Counted from the stretch's first letter, positions 51,556-64,000 are shown. The stretch: 64,000 nucleotides of DNA from Camelus dromedarius (GCF_036321535.1 NC_087437.1:30754001-30818000); one strand, 5' to 3'. Notes: generated from the letters alone by a model not told the origin. Program-made: numbers and translations.

Positions 51556-52939
51556 CTAAAAAGATTAAGTAAAAAAATAAATAAATAAAATAAAATAAAA
51601 TAAAAATAAAAAGATTAAGTAGAATAGAGTTTAGCTTTAATATCATGTTGCAAAAGCAAATTCCAAAGTCATATGGCCCCCAAAAAACAACCAGTTATAT
51701 TCTGTATACTTATAAATACCCCATTTATTTCTATAGTCAAGTTTTCTTTAAAAATGATACAAGTATTTAATAGATGAAATAATTTCAAAAACTCATTTCA
51801 TTAAGCTCCAGAACAGGATGTTGGTTTAACCAATTTACCTTTTTTTTTTTTTAATTTTCAGATTTATTTCTACGTATATATACACATAAAGCTATAGAGC
51901 CAAAGCTTTTTGGTTACAATGGACTTAATTTGGGGGACCTGAATCTTAGCTCTCCTTACAACAAAGTCAAAAGTCCGTCTCTATCCTATAGAGCAAAAGT
52001 AGTGAATGGAACATAAGCTTTCTATTAATAAGCCATTTTTAAATGAACAAGATTATACTCTGCCTTCTTATTACATCATCCGAAATGGTGCTTGGGTAGC
52101 CACTTTCTAGTTCTACAATCATTTTATGGGTAAACATGTTTAACTAATGTAAATGCAAAATGGTCTCTTTCACATGAACAATTTATATCAGTTACAAAAA
52201 AAGTATTAACACTATCATTACATTTGTATTGGTTAACATCTGCTGGGATGCATAACACATATGTCTGATTCTGTCAGTTATTAGAACGCTGCATATATGG
52301 CCTTTAACGTCTATAGAAAATACTAAAATAAGTGAGGGAGAAAAGTAAGGTGACAATTAAGGCTTTCTGAGGTTCCTTTCAGCTCTAAAATTTTGATTGT
52401 ATGTACCAAGTTGATAAACATCTTATCATGTGATGTGAAGCCCACTCATAACAATATGCATATATGGCAATTACAGTGCTGTGGCATTGCACAACTTTTG
52501 GGGCAGATTCCCACTGAATACCATCCCTGGAGCTGTGCAGTGTACAGCCTGAACAATCAACAAGCAATGACCTTACTGTCTAAGCACTAATGAGTCATTA
52601 CTATTTCAGATAGGAAAGACTTAAATTATTACAACATTATTACAACTGACAAGGTAGAGGACTTATGAAGTGTAAACCATCCTGGGAGCTGAAATGGCCA
52701 ACAGATAAACATCCCAGGTAATCTTTCTTTAGGGAACAATAGTCATTCAAATTGTGTAAGTTCTGTTTGATTTATTAAAAGAATCAATCACGTCAGGTAT
52801 GTTTATGGGGAAAAAAAAATCAATCTTATTCCTTTACAGCTATATCTCATTGAACAGAGTGCTATTCATTCATCTTAGGGTAAAGAAGTAAGAACCCCTT
52901 ACTATAGAACATTAAAGTAATATTAAGAAGATCTTTAAA

Positions 52940-53320
52940 TATAACTCAATTAATTCATTCAATAAATTGTGCCAAGTCTCTGTTGGCTAACAATTATTTT
53001 TCTAGGAACTGTGAATAATGAGATAGAAAGGAAAAGGTCCCTGACCACCAGGGGCTCACAGTTTAGTAGGAGGATATAAACCTAAGTACATAATTACAGG
53101 AAAATGTGTTTCAGTACTGTAATTGCAGTGTGTACAAATTGCTGTGGGGCATAGGAAAAAAAGAGGCTAATTCTGCTTGGGAGTTAAGGAGAGCTTCCCA
53201 GAAGAGTTGGCATTTGAGCTAGATCCTAAAGAATTTGCAGAAGCTAAGGCACTCCAGGCAAAGAACCGTGCCCAGGGTGTGAGAACATGTGGACGTGGCA
53301 GGAAGGTCTGTGTGGCTGGG
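52940..53320 (-). mobile_element. L2 fragment (further L2 remnants at about 6100-6520, 53620-53765, 58500-59230, 62560-63480)
   Basis: ttcattcaataaa...gtgccaag...ggggctcacagtttagt...cttcccagaagagttggcatttgagct, typical L2 3' region. Confidence 0.7.
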
Positions 53321-53977
53321 GTCTTTGCCACGAAGCAGGGACAAACGGGAACTGCAGCAGGAAAGATCTGGTTTCTGCCCAGCTTGCCAACCTCCTTTGG
53401 TGCCACTTGTCCCTTCTGCCCCACGCCCTGGCCACATGAGCTTTCATGAGCCACGCTCATTCCCACGCATGCTCTTCCTCGCCAGGCCCCTCCCACTCTT
53501 CTGGTCCCTGATTAAACAGCAGCTGCTCAGCGACCACAATGTGTATTGGTTCCCCCTTTGCCAACCTCCAATAATTCTCATCCTTTTTTCTTCATAGCTT
53601 TTTGGATAAGTTTTCATTTGTTTGTTGCCTACCTTTCACCTGGACTGTAAGCCCAGAGGGGTAGATGGTCTTTTTTTTTTCTCTCAGCACATATAGCTGG
53701 TGTAGAGCCTAGAACATAACAGGGGCTCCGTATTTGTGGGATAAATGCTTGAATGCCTGAATGAACTACCAAGAGGTTGAAAGAAAAAAGGAGGGAAGGA
53801 AGGAAATAAGGAGCCAAATTAAACAGTTCCTTGTATATAAACCATGAGTTTGGACTTTCACAGACAAGGGATAGTTATTAAAACTTAAAATGACATTTTT
53901 TGCTTTTTTATAAATAACTTTTAAAAAAGAAACACTAAAATAGTTACTTAGTGTCAGCATTTTTGCACCTGACTTAC

Positions 53978-54125
53978 TTCTCCATGAAGATATAATAGGT
54001 ACAGTAATGGGAATATGTTCAATTTCCAAACCATTCTCGGTTATGCGGCGAAGTCGTCCTCGTAGTTTAACATTTCTTCTTATAAACTCTACTGGAATAT
54101 CTGAAGAACTTGTGAATTTTGAGGT
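53978..54125 (-). CDS. C3orf33: C3orf33 coding exon 3 (TSKFTSSSDIPVEFIRRNVKLRGRLRRITENGLEIEHIPITVPIISSWR)
   Basis: Acceptor CAACAG|, donor GAA|GTAAGT. 148 nt (ends phase 1). Lies within ORF 53766..54206. Confidence 0.95.
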
Positions 54126-55261
54126 CTGTTGATTTACAAGGAGACAAATGCAATATTTTATTACTATTTTCATTTTAAAATTAAGTATGTCAAATTCTCT
54201 AAACATTTCAAAGAAGACATTACCACCGAAAATTCTGAATTTGGTTCTTAATTTTATATTAATATTAATATGATTTAACAGAAAATGTCTACAGGAACAT
54301 TATATAGAAATCTTTAGTCATAATTTTACTATTTCAAGTTACTATATAGGGAAAATTAAACAAACTCCTAACTTCTAAAAGCTTATGTCCTCAAAATATG
54401 ACACAATTCATCAAAAAGCAGTGAGTCTGAGCCTGGCCCCACACAAATCAGGTTAAACAGTCACTATTCTATTCTACACATGCACCATCTGTTCATGCAG
54501 GTACTGCTGGAAGGATCTGACCAAAGCTGAGCAAGTTAAATTACAACTCCTAATCAACAAGTTTTTTTTTCTTACTTTTTATCTCACAGGAGAAAAAGGC
54601 AAAAAAAAAAGACCAACAGTGGGAATTTATTTAAATTATCTAACACTTAGGTAACACCCTGGGGTTAGGGTTAGTCAACATTTTACACCTGTCTTCCACA
54701 TTAACAGTAGTGTAGGGACAAGCTTCGTTCATAATCAAGGCTAAGTAAAAGCCTCAAATATACAGAAAGATAAATTGGTACCCAATTTCCTAAAACAGTA
54801 AAGTTGACCTAAACATTTAAAAACAAATATCCACACATGAAAAATACTGTAGCAAACAAACTCAGGATGTGGACCATTCAATGGCATAAATGACTTGGTT
54901 GCTCTAACAAATCAATGGCTTGAGGAAAATAATGAGGGGGAGGAAGGTGACGGCAGACTGTTATAAAATAAATGAGACTTAAGAGATATAACAAACAGAT
55001 ACCGTATATGGATTGTTTGAATCCTGATTTGAACATATCACCTATTTTAAAAAAGACACCATTGAGACAATCAAGGTCTGGGTATTAGATGATACAAAGG
55101 GACTATTAATTATGTTAGATGGGATAATGTTCTGGGAGAGACACTGTATGTCTCCTGATGCAGGACACAGGAAGTAGTACACACCATCACCTTTTTTCAC
55201 TGAATCTACTAGAGGAACACAAATCCAGATTGTAGGACATTCTATAAGACAACAACTTCTT

Positions 55262-55426
55262 GGAGGGAGGGTGTAGCTCAGTGGTAGAGCACATGCTTAG
55301 CATCCATGAAGTCCTGGGTTCAATCCCCAGTACTGCCATTTTAAAAAAATAAATGAATGAATAAATAAACTTAATTACCTCCCCCCAAAGTAAAAAAAAA
55401 ATAAAATAAAATAAAATAAAATAAAA
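55262..55426 (+). mobile_element. tRNA-derived SINE (same family)
   Basis: GTAGCTCAGTGGTAGAG...GGGTTCAATCCCCAG head, shared ATTACCTCCCCC segment, (TAAAA)n tail. No clear TSD. Confidence 0.9.
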
Positions 55427-55468
55427 AGTTAGTCACAAGAGGCAAAAATTAAAAATAGATTCAGAGTA

Positions 55469-56090
55469 CTCCTGGGCATATATCCAGAGGGAATGTTAAT
55501 TCAAAAAGATACATGCACCCCAATGTTCATTTCAGCACTATATACAATAGCCAAGACATTGAAACAACCTAAATGTCCATTGACAGATGACTAGATAAAG
55601 AAGCTGTGGTATACTTATACAATGGAATCCTACTCAGCCATAAAAAAGAAAAAATAATGCCATTTGCAGCAACATGGATGGACCTGGAGATTGTCATTCT
55701 AAGTGAAGTAAGCAAGAAAGAGAAAGAATATACCATATGATATCATTTATATGTGGAATCTAAAAAAAAAGGCAAATGAACTTATTTACAAAACAGAAAC
55801 AGACTCACAGACATAGAAAGCATACTTACGGTTACTGGGGTAGGGAAGGAGGTGGGAAGGGATAAATTAGGAGTTTGAGATTTGCAGATACTAACTAATT
55901 TATATAAAATAGATAAACAAGTTTATACTGTATAGCACAGGGAACTATATTCAACATCTTGTAGTAATTTATGGTGAAAAAGAATATGAAAGCAAATATA
56001 TGTATGCTCATGTATGACTGAAGCATTATGCTCTACACCAGAAATTGACACAACATTGTAAACTATTCTTCAATAAAAAAAAAATATAAA
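55469..56090 (+). mobile_element. 5'-truncated L1, 3' end, in C3orf33 intron 2 (antisense to gene)
   Basis: ctcctgggcatatatccag...acatgcaccccaatgttcat ORF2 end, AATAAA plus poly-A. TSD aaaaatagattcagagta / aaaaatggagtcagagta. Confidence 0.92.
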
Positions 56091-56149
56091 AAAAATGGAG
56101 TCAGAGTAAAAGTTTAAAGGAGACTAAAAAGCCATGAACAACTAAATAT

Positions 56150-56980
56150 AGAATGGAATATTACTCAGCCATAAAAAAAGAATGGAATTTTGCCATTTGC
56201 AACAGTGTAGATGGACCTAGCTGATATTATGCTAAGTGAAATAAGCCTGAGAGAAAGACAAATACTGTATGATAACAATTACAAGTGAAATCTAAAAAAA
56301 AAAAAAAAACAAACGAACAAATATAACAAAACAGAAACATAGTCATAGACACAGAGAACAAAGAGGTGATTGCCAGAGGGGAGGGGAATGGGGGAAGGAG
56401 AGAAATATGTGAGGGAGATTAAGGGGTACAAACTTCTAGTTACATAATAAATGAATCACAGGTATGAAATGTACAGAGTGGGGAATACAATCAATAATTA
56501 TGTAATGTCTTTCTATGGTGACAGATGATAACTAGACTTATGATGATTCTGAAATTTATTGAAATATCAAATCACTATGTTGTGGGACAGGAAGTAATGT
56601 AGTATTGTAGAGCAATCTTACATCAAAAACAAATCCACTCATAGAAAAAGAGGTAAGGTTTGTGGTTATCAGAGGGGGAGAATTTGGAAGTTGCAAACTT
56701 CTAGTTATAAGATAAAGTACTAGGGAGCTACTATACAACCAGATTAATATAATTAACACTGCTGTATGTTATATATGAAAGTTGTTAACAGAGTAAATCT
56801 TAAGAGTTCTCATCATAAAGAAAAAAATTTTCTTTCCATTTAATTTTGCATCTATATGAGATGATGGATGTTCACTAAACTTACTGCAGTTATCATTTTA
56901 TGATGTAAGTGAAATCATGCTGTACACCTTAAACTTACACAGTGCTGTATGTCAATTATATCTCAGTTTTTAAAAAAAGA
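56150..56980 (+). mobile_element. Older L1 (L1MA-like) 3'UTR fragments
   Basis: aatggaatattactcagccataaaaaagaat..., ending tgtacaccttaaacttacacagtgctgtatgtcaattatatctca. Confidence 0.85.
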
Positions 56981-57655
56981 GTTCAAGGCACTAAAAAAAG
57001 AGATAAAAGTTCTGAAATTGGAGGCTGGGTGAAAAGGTAACAGCTAGTAAAGACGCAGTATGGTAGAGTAATGTGGTGCAGTCAATGATAATGCAAAACA
57101 GTACAGAGATAATAAGTGAAGGAAATAAATAAATACAGGAGCAATAGCCCCATCCCACTTAATGGCACTGAAATTACATCCTAAGGCAACAATCAGGTAC
57201 ATTAAAAAATACTAATAAATCTTGAATTACCAAATGGATTTTTACAATGTCTTAAAATATTATTGAAAGGGCAAAAAAATACACTAAGGGAAAGCATAAA
57301 TTATTCCACTCTAAGGGACATAATTCAACTGTGATTTAAATCTAAAGCCACTATAGAAAACACTTTTGAGCGATTATATCATTCTAGCAGGCTAAATCTT
57401 TTTCAGATTCCTTTTTATCCACAGAGAAAAGTGATTATGGAAATACAGGCTGTGCAATTACATTCCATAAAATCCCGTGGATGTGTTACTTTTAAACCAA
57501 GACCTTAAAGTATGTTCATTGTTTTAAAAAACTATTTAAAAGCTTCTAATATGAATAACATAATGTTACACTGCTTAAGATAAAAAACAGTTTGAAGTGA
57601 GAAAAATTAACTATCTATTGCTTATTCAAAATGTCTTTTTCATATTTTAACTTAC

Positions 57656-57715
57656 CAGTCGGACGCTTCTTAGAAGTAACGTTACTCCAGCTATGGCCAT
57701 TACAGTGCTGATGCT
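57656..57715 (-). CDS. C3orf33: C3orf33 coding exon 2 (SISTVMAIAGVTLLLRSVRL), hydrophobic putative transmembrane segment
   Basis: Acceptor TTTCTGAAG| before 57715, donor CTG|GTAAGT after 57656. 60 nt, in frame with exons 1 and 3. Too short for the ORF track; read by hand. Confidence 0.93.
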
Positions 57716-59299
57716 CTTCAGAAAGAGATTGAATGATTAATTCTCACTAATTATTATTCACAGTAGTAAAAGTACTAATTAGAAGATTAAAAAAAAAATC
57801 CTTTCTACACCTAACTGCCCAAATAAGGCATATCCTTCAACTAAAGGCCCACTTCTTCCCAAAAAAAACTAACTGCCCACCCACCCATTAATTTTCCCCT
57901 TTTTCTCCCAAACCATCTGGCATGCACAGTAATTATATACATAATATTGTACTGTTTTCTATTGATTATACTGCTTTAACCGTAAGTTCTTGAATATATG
58001 AAAAAGTCTAATACTTCTTGTGCAAGGCCCACAGGAACTCCATAACCCTGAGTCTGCAGGGGGAATTTAAGTATCTGGTAGAAAACTTTATCACCAAAAT
58101 CTTAAAATAGAGCACCCTGGGAAATACATGTGGGCAAACAGTTGGGAAAAACTTAGCGATGTTTTTAAAGTGCTTCATGGAAACTGAAATGTACATAAAG
58201 ATGTTTAAATAAAAAGGATCTTGCAACTCCCTCAATGACAGTGGTCCTCTAACACGTCTTCCCTAAGCATGTAAGAAATGGAGTTGAAAACCTACACAAG
58301 GGTACATTCTGTGACTGGGTTATTTGGAATACTAACTATATCCATGTGCTAACTTAAACACTGTTTCCTCTCCCATTCCTGCGGAGGTTATTTTTTAATT
58401 TGAAATTACCCATGAATTTCTTCCTGCTTAACTGGGAGAACCAAGGCCTTGTCAATTAAGATACGTATATATGTATTTATATAAAACACATATAATACGA
58501 CTCATCAATGCTACAAATATTTATCTAGCACTAAGTGGCAGGCACTACTCTAAGGACTGATGCTGCACTGGTGTGTGAAAACAGACAAGGTCCTGGCTCT
58601 AGCGCTGCTTGGCTGCAAAGTATTTGCAAAGCTGATGATCCTACTCAACTTCCCAGCAGAATTCAACACAGTTAATCATTTCATCTGAAAACATTCTCTT
58701 CCCTTGGCTTCCAGGACACCTGCTTTTACTGATATTCCTCCTCCTCCCTGTCTGTTCCTTCCAAGTTTTTGCTGGCCTCCTCCTTTTCACTCCCCCAATT
58801 TTAAACGTCAGAGAAGCCCCCAGGTCTCAGTTCTAGGGCTTCTTCAGGAGCTTTCCTAACTCTCTCCAAGACATCATCCAAGCTTTAAATACTACTTAAG
58901 GTTTATGAAGCTCATTCCCAAAGTTATATGCCCAGTTCTGATCTCCTTTCTCACATGATTCCTCTGTCTAGTTGCCTACAACATGTAGTTACGTTTAGAA
59001 GTCTAATGACCATCTTCAAGTTCACATCTTTACTGAGAAGTCAAATTCACATGTGCAATAAGCTCTCTGGACTTTCCCAACAAATCATTTATCCCAACTC
59101 GTCCTTAGCGACTTACACCACCATCCACGAAGCAGGCAGCCCCCTTGATTCCTCTCTTTTTCACAAAGAAAAAAATCATCACCGTGGTCTTGGTCACAGT
59201 CCTCTCTCGCCTGGTCGCCTAAGACGTCCCCCGCCCTTGTTCGAACCCCTGTAGCCTCTCGCTTCACTTTTTAAAGACAAGAACACCCCTCTTTCCCCA

Positions 59300-59900
59300 G
59301 ACCTACTACTGGAGCTACGCGCCCTCCCTCGGGCTCTGCCCGGCCCTCCCCAACTGCTCTACAGGACCCGCCGGAGCCCGGCGCTGGGCTGAGGCTCGCT
59401 CTCTGAGGTGTCAAGCCCGGCGCCGAAGCGCGCCCCGCGCGGCCCCGCACACGCGACCCCGGCCGGTCGGCCCAGCGGGCCCGCTGCCGGGGCCTCCCCA
59501 CGACGCGTCTCCATCCGGCTCGCGCCGCGCGGCCCCGCGCCCACCAACTGCCCCGCCGGCGGGGTTGCGGTACCCGGACGAGGCGCAGGTGGTCGTCGGC
59601 CCACTGCGAGATTCGCGCCACCACGTTGGGCGCCGCTCCGTCCCGGTCCGGCGGCGGCGAGGCTGGGGCTGCGGGCCTCCCCGCCATGTTCCCGGCCTCC
59701 TGCGAGCCCGCGCCACCTCCTCGACCGGGCGGCAGGGGGCGCCGCTCTCCGCGGGCGGGAGGACGGCGGCATCCGCGCTCCTCTCGCCGGTGGGGCCGCC
59801 GCGCGAGACCACGAGTCTCCTCCGCAGCCTAGGAGTGGCCCGACCGCCGGCTCTTCGCTTCTTTCTTCGCCGGGGGCGGGCCTCCCAGCCCGTTAGGAGG
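59300..59900 (-). promoter_or_regulatory. CpG island / promoter of C3orf33
   Basis: Very GC- and CpG-dense stretch covering exon 1. GC box GGGGCGGG at about 59873-59880. Confidence 0.9.
59574..59687 (-). CDS. C3orf33: C3orf33 coding exon 1 (MAGRPAAPASPPPDRDGAAPNVVARISQWADDHLRLVR)
   Basis: ATG at 59687 in strong Kozak context (GGAACATGG) inside a CpG island. PNVVARISQWADDHLRLVR matches the recalled C3orf33 N-terminus. 114 nt, phase-0 donor CGG|GTACCG at 59573. Confidence 0.95.
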
Positions 59901-60507
59901 CATCTTCACTGTGACCCCCCAGTATTTATGCAGGGTTTTCCCACAGCGCAGTATATCTCTGTGGGTCGGGGATGGGAGCCGCAGGATTCCCGGCCAAGCT
60001 GGTGGAAGAGGGTAACTTTCAACTCGCTTAACTCAGTTCAGTGTGGGTAGTACGTGCCCCACAAGAAAGAAAATTTAAGTAGATTGTTCCTTCCACCTGC
60101 TTCCAAATATAACAAGATGCATATTTCTTATAGTTGAATTTTGTTTTCAGGTTGTCACAGCTGCTTAACTCCAATATCAGATGCTCTAAATTGTTAATTG
60201 ATTAAGTGTAAGGAGCGGACATATTCCAAAAATCAATACATGGAAATTAATTAAACTTGTGGTAGTCATCTTGCACTATATGCATATATCAATTCATTAT
60301 GGTGTACACCTGAAACTAAGAAATGTTATATACAGCAATTTAAAAAAAATCAAGACATTTATAAGCTGCGATACACTGTAAATTATATAATATTCGTGTA
60401 AAAAATTTGTGTCTGAGTCATGGACAGCTGTGCAAGAAATCTTTAACTGGGATTGTCCCTGAGCTGAGGGATTGGGGATAGGAATGGGAGGGAGGTTTCA
60501 CTATTTG

Positions 60508-60702
60508 CCAGCTCTAATAAAACATTTTGCAATAACAGAAATGTCTTATACCTGCACGGTCCAATTTCGTAGGTAATAGCCATGTGTGGCTATTGTGTGC
60601 TTGAAATGTAGCTAGTGTAACTGAGGAACTGAATTTTTAATTTTACTAATTTTAATTAATTTAGTCACTAGTGGCTAGTAGCTACCATATTGGACAGTCC
60701 AG
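60508..60702. mobile_element. MER3-like hAT DNA transposon fossil
   Basis: tagccatgtgtggctattg...cttgaaatgtagctagtgtaactgaggaactgaattt...gtggctagtagctaccatattggacag. Confidence 0.8.
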
Positions 60703-60834
60703 GTACACTGTTGGAAGTTTTTTTAATTTATGCTACCTTTAAAAGTCAAAATAGATTATGTTGATTCCTAATATGAGGATTTCCTTCAAGGAATAAAATA
60801 TATTGTCTCAGCCAATGGAAAGTAAATACAATAG

Positions 60835-61080
60835 CAAACACTTAAATCTTGCTTACTATTGTGCCAGTCACTGTTCTAAATACATTTCATATATTAACTC
60901 CTTTGCTCCTCATAGCAACTTTATGAGGTAGGCGCTATTATTAATCCAGTTTTAAAGAGGAAGCACTTACGGAGTCATTAAGCCAGTAGCCAAGGTCACC
61001 CAGCCAAGAAGTGGTGAGCTGGGATATTGTGCTGGGATTCAGTTCAAGCCAGTTGGCTCAGTCTGTGCACTTAACCACAA
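60835..61080 (-). mobile_element. MIR SINE
   Basis: cttactattgtgccag...ctttatgaggtaggcgctatta...ccaaggtcacccagc. Confidence 0.75.
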
Positions 61081-61986
61081 CACTGATTCCCACAAAGGCA
61101 ATCAGCTGAATCACGTAAATCCCTATAAATTTCCAGTGATAGTACAACCCAAATTATATTGGGGAAAATCCAAATAAAAAGATACACTACAACCAAAATC
61201 CTTAATCACTATTTCAAATAAAAACAAAAATTCTGTACATTAACAAATTTTGAATAGCTTTAGTTAATAAATGAAAAAAATAAGATTTCTTCATGGGCAA
61301 TTATATGCCTAATTCTGTTTCCTCTGCTTTTCCAATATCCTGTATCTCTTACCTCTTTTCTTCTCCCTCTCACTCTCCTAGTTGAAGACAGCCCAGTTTG
61401 TTCTCCCTACTTTCCATCCCAAAGTCCTTTTTTCTATACCCCAGATGTTAGCCACCTGGTTGACTCTAAGTCCTCTAGATTTCTCAAAATGTCCTTCTCA
61501 GTATTTCAGCATCATCCCACTAACCATTGATGTGAGAAGTGTGGTCCTTGCCCCAGGATTTCTATAGGTTAACAGAGATTTAACATTCTCCTGGATTGCT
61601 CCACCAAGGGACCCTGCTCCTTTTGCTGCTGGTGACCTCAGAGAACTCACTGGATATGCTGCTTTTGCGAGCAGAGAAGTATGCACAAAAAGCCACACTT
61701 TTAGATTCCCTGCCCATCTCTTAATTTCCCACAATACCATAGGCACAAAGACTGTGTCTATAATAGACTTTTTTGGAAGTCTTTTGTTTGTGATTTTTTT
61801 TCTTTTTTGGAAGTTTGATATTAATTAGGTGGAATTACATTTTCTGACTCACTTGGATATTAATGTGAATTTTCTTAGAATCAAAAGAAAAAGAAAAAAT
61901 TGAATGGGACACTCTCAAAAACACCCCAGTTTCTAGCCTGATTTCCGGTTTTAAAGTCAACCATCCCACTTTTCTAACACACCCAT

Positions 61987-62350
61987 TGTGATGGACTGAA
62001 TGTTTGTGTCTCCCCCAAATTTTCTGCTGAAATTCTAACCCTCCATGCTGGTATTAGGTCTTTGGGAGGTAATTAGGTTTAGAGAAGATCATGAGTGTGG
62101 AATTCCCATAATGGGATTGTCTTTAAAAGAAGAGGAAGCAAGACCAGAGCTTCCTCTCTCCCTGCCTTGTGAGCGCACAGAGAGAAGGTGGCAGTCTGCA
62201 AACCAAGAAGAGGGCTCTCAGCAGGAAATGAATCTGGTAGCATCTTGATCTTAGATTTCCCAGCCTCCAAAATTGTGAGAAATAAATGTCTCTTGATTAA
62301 GCCACCCAGTCTATGGTAATTTGTCATAGCAGCCTGAGATAACTAAAACC
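61987..62350 (+). mobile_element. Solo MaLR LTR (MLT1A-like)
   Basis: TGTGATGGACTGAATGTTTGTGTC start and aataaatgtc...aagccacccagtctatggtaatttgtcatagcagcc end, typical of MLT1. Confidence 0.88.
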
Positions 62351-63525
62351 TTATATACTCGAGGATCAGGAGGTGAGGTCAAAACGTCCTTGCTCCCTAA
62401 AGTATTACCCTCCCCCCACCCTCTTCAGGACTGAGGAGTGATCAAGGCTGTCATCCTGTGATCTCCAGGTCAATCTCCTATTCACTGAAGACTTTAGCAT
62501 CTGACTTAATGCGTTTCTCTTCACCTCAGTTCCCTCCATTCTCATCTCTCAGGTGGTTGGCTGTTTCATGCCAGTGACTTTTCCCTCTACCCTACGTCAG
62601 CCATCCACTCCCACGATTACACCCTGGATCTTGTCTTCATCAGAAATTACAACATCTGCAATCACAGCCCTAACACCTCACCCTCCCACCACAACCTCCT
62701 GTTCTTCTGGTTAACTTGTGAAAATATCTCATAGCAATGATTCTTTGAGCTCATTAAGATGACCAATCCACTCAGTCACCATGTCCTACTCATCAGTCCC
62801 CTCTGTCTTCAGCAGCCATCTTACCCAGCTTAGACTCTGTGATTTAGCATTATAATCATTTCCTTGAAAATAGGCTCAACTCCAGTCCCCCTCTGCTTCC
62901 TCTGCACTTGTCTGGCAAAACCCCCACACCGAGTTACACCTAACCTTCACCAAACACTTGGAGCTCAGTATGGGGAGATCTTTAGATTTTTTTTCAAGAG
63001 AAGCTTCAAATCTAAACATCTATGTGAAATCATCCTATTTTGAAATTAAAATTAAGTGTTGGTGACACACTGTGCTGGGCATAGAATATGCCTTGAGGCA
63101 GAGATCACAGATTTCAGTTTATTATTTCTGTTTTAATGGCTTTCCATTATGTTTCAAGTAGTGTCAGAGCTCCTTGGCTCACAGACAAGTTGCTGCATAA
63201 TCAAGGCCCTGTCTATCTTTTCTTTCTTACTTCCTACTTCACTCATTGTGCCTCAGAACACACTCAGCACCCTGACCTTCTCTGTCTGCACACAACCAAG
63301 TTCATTCCTGCCTTAGAGCTTTTGCACTTACTGCTCCCTCTGCCTAGAATGCCCTGATCCCTCTTCCCTTTTCCCCTGCCCACCCCATCACCACCACCAA
63401 GCCGGCTCCTTACCCTGGAGGTCTCAGCTTAAATATCACATCCACAAAGAGGTCTTTTCTAAACACTATCTCAAGTAGGTCCAAACCACACAAAACATAA
63501 AATTTAATTTGTACTTTGATGAACT

Positions 63526-64000
63526 TGTTGCCAGCAATTAGGTTCTTGTCGCAGAAAGAATTCAGAGATGAGACTCAGAGGTCAAGAAAGTAAAATGGGG
63601 ATTTATTAAGGGATAGGTAGTATGTTTTCAAGGGGAGAGTGGGCAGGCTCAGGTGAGCAGCTGCCCTGAGTTTCTTTGGCAACAGAGAGTATAACAATGA
63701 ATGGGCAGAGTATCCACTGGGAAGGGAAGGGTTTGGGGTAATACTCCCTGCTTTTCATCCCAACTCCACCTTCCCTGGGGAAGGAGGGATCTTTGTCCTA
63801 TTTAGTCTGGATCAGAAGTGTCATGGTGTTGGTGCATGATGGGTACTTCTAATCTGCAAGGCTAACTTTATTGTAATAAGGTCATAATGAACAAAAGGTT
63901 ATACTCAGACACTGGAGATTCCTGCCTTTTCCCACATTTCTTTGTCGGTCTCCAGGCCACTTGTCACCACGAAATGTGTGATCACTTATCAGTCCTGAGG
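63526..64000 (-). mobile_element. ERV LTR, running off the window end
   Basis: Begins tgttg (= CAACA 3' end on minus strand), minus-strand AATAAA at about 63602, abrupt change in composition. Confidence 0.7.

Noticed and set aside
54661..54673. Telomere-like GGGGTTAGGGTTAG
   Set aside because: Only about two units; expected by chance.
57675..57686. 12-bp palindrome AGTAACGTTACT in C3orf33 exon 2 (and small hairpins at about 3008 and 37411)
   Set aside because: Palindromes of this size are expected several times in 64 kb; no further support.
59359..60050. Multiple 130-160 aa ORFs over the C3orf33 island
   Set aside because: GC-content artefacts. Only 59687-59574 has homology and splice support.
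60000..64000. SLC33A1 3' exons expected from synteny
   Set aside because: No recognisable coding sequence; the region is mostly repeats. The gene presumably lies beyond the window.

Overview
Mammalian genomic DNA, most likely camelid (inferred from tRNA-Ala-like SINEs resembling Vic-1). There are no prokaryotic features, and most ORFs in the six-frame track are noise. Two minus-strand genes are recognisable. C3orf33 is complete: five coding exons from 59687 to 48441, 885 nt = 294 aa + stop, all GT-AG and frame-consistent, with a CpG-island promoter at about 59.3-59.9 kb. PLCH1 (phospholipase C eta 1) is present only at its 5' end: a CpG-island promoter at about 35.4-36.5 kb and a first coding exon at 14155-14037, with the rest beyond the left edge. 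The remainder is intronic/intergenic DNA with L1, L2, MIR, SINE, ERV/MaLR LTR and DNA-transposon fossils. The three most unusual items are: (1) a heavily decayed Gypsy/Ty3-type pol fossil (RT-RNaseH-integrase motifs in order, about 43.2-47.2 kb) broken by three younger insertions; (2) a ~340 bp TSD-flanked 'mini-L1' joining an L1 5' end directly to an L1 3' tail (22158-22501); (3) a tail-only retro-insertion whose 15-bp TSD duplicates the 3' splice-site region of C3orf33 exon 4. I found no convincing evidence of a wholly new gene system. Gene and repeat family names come from recall of known sequences, not from database searches.
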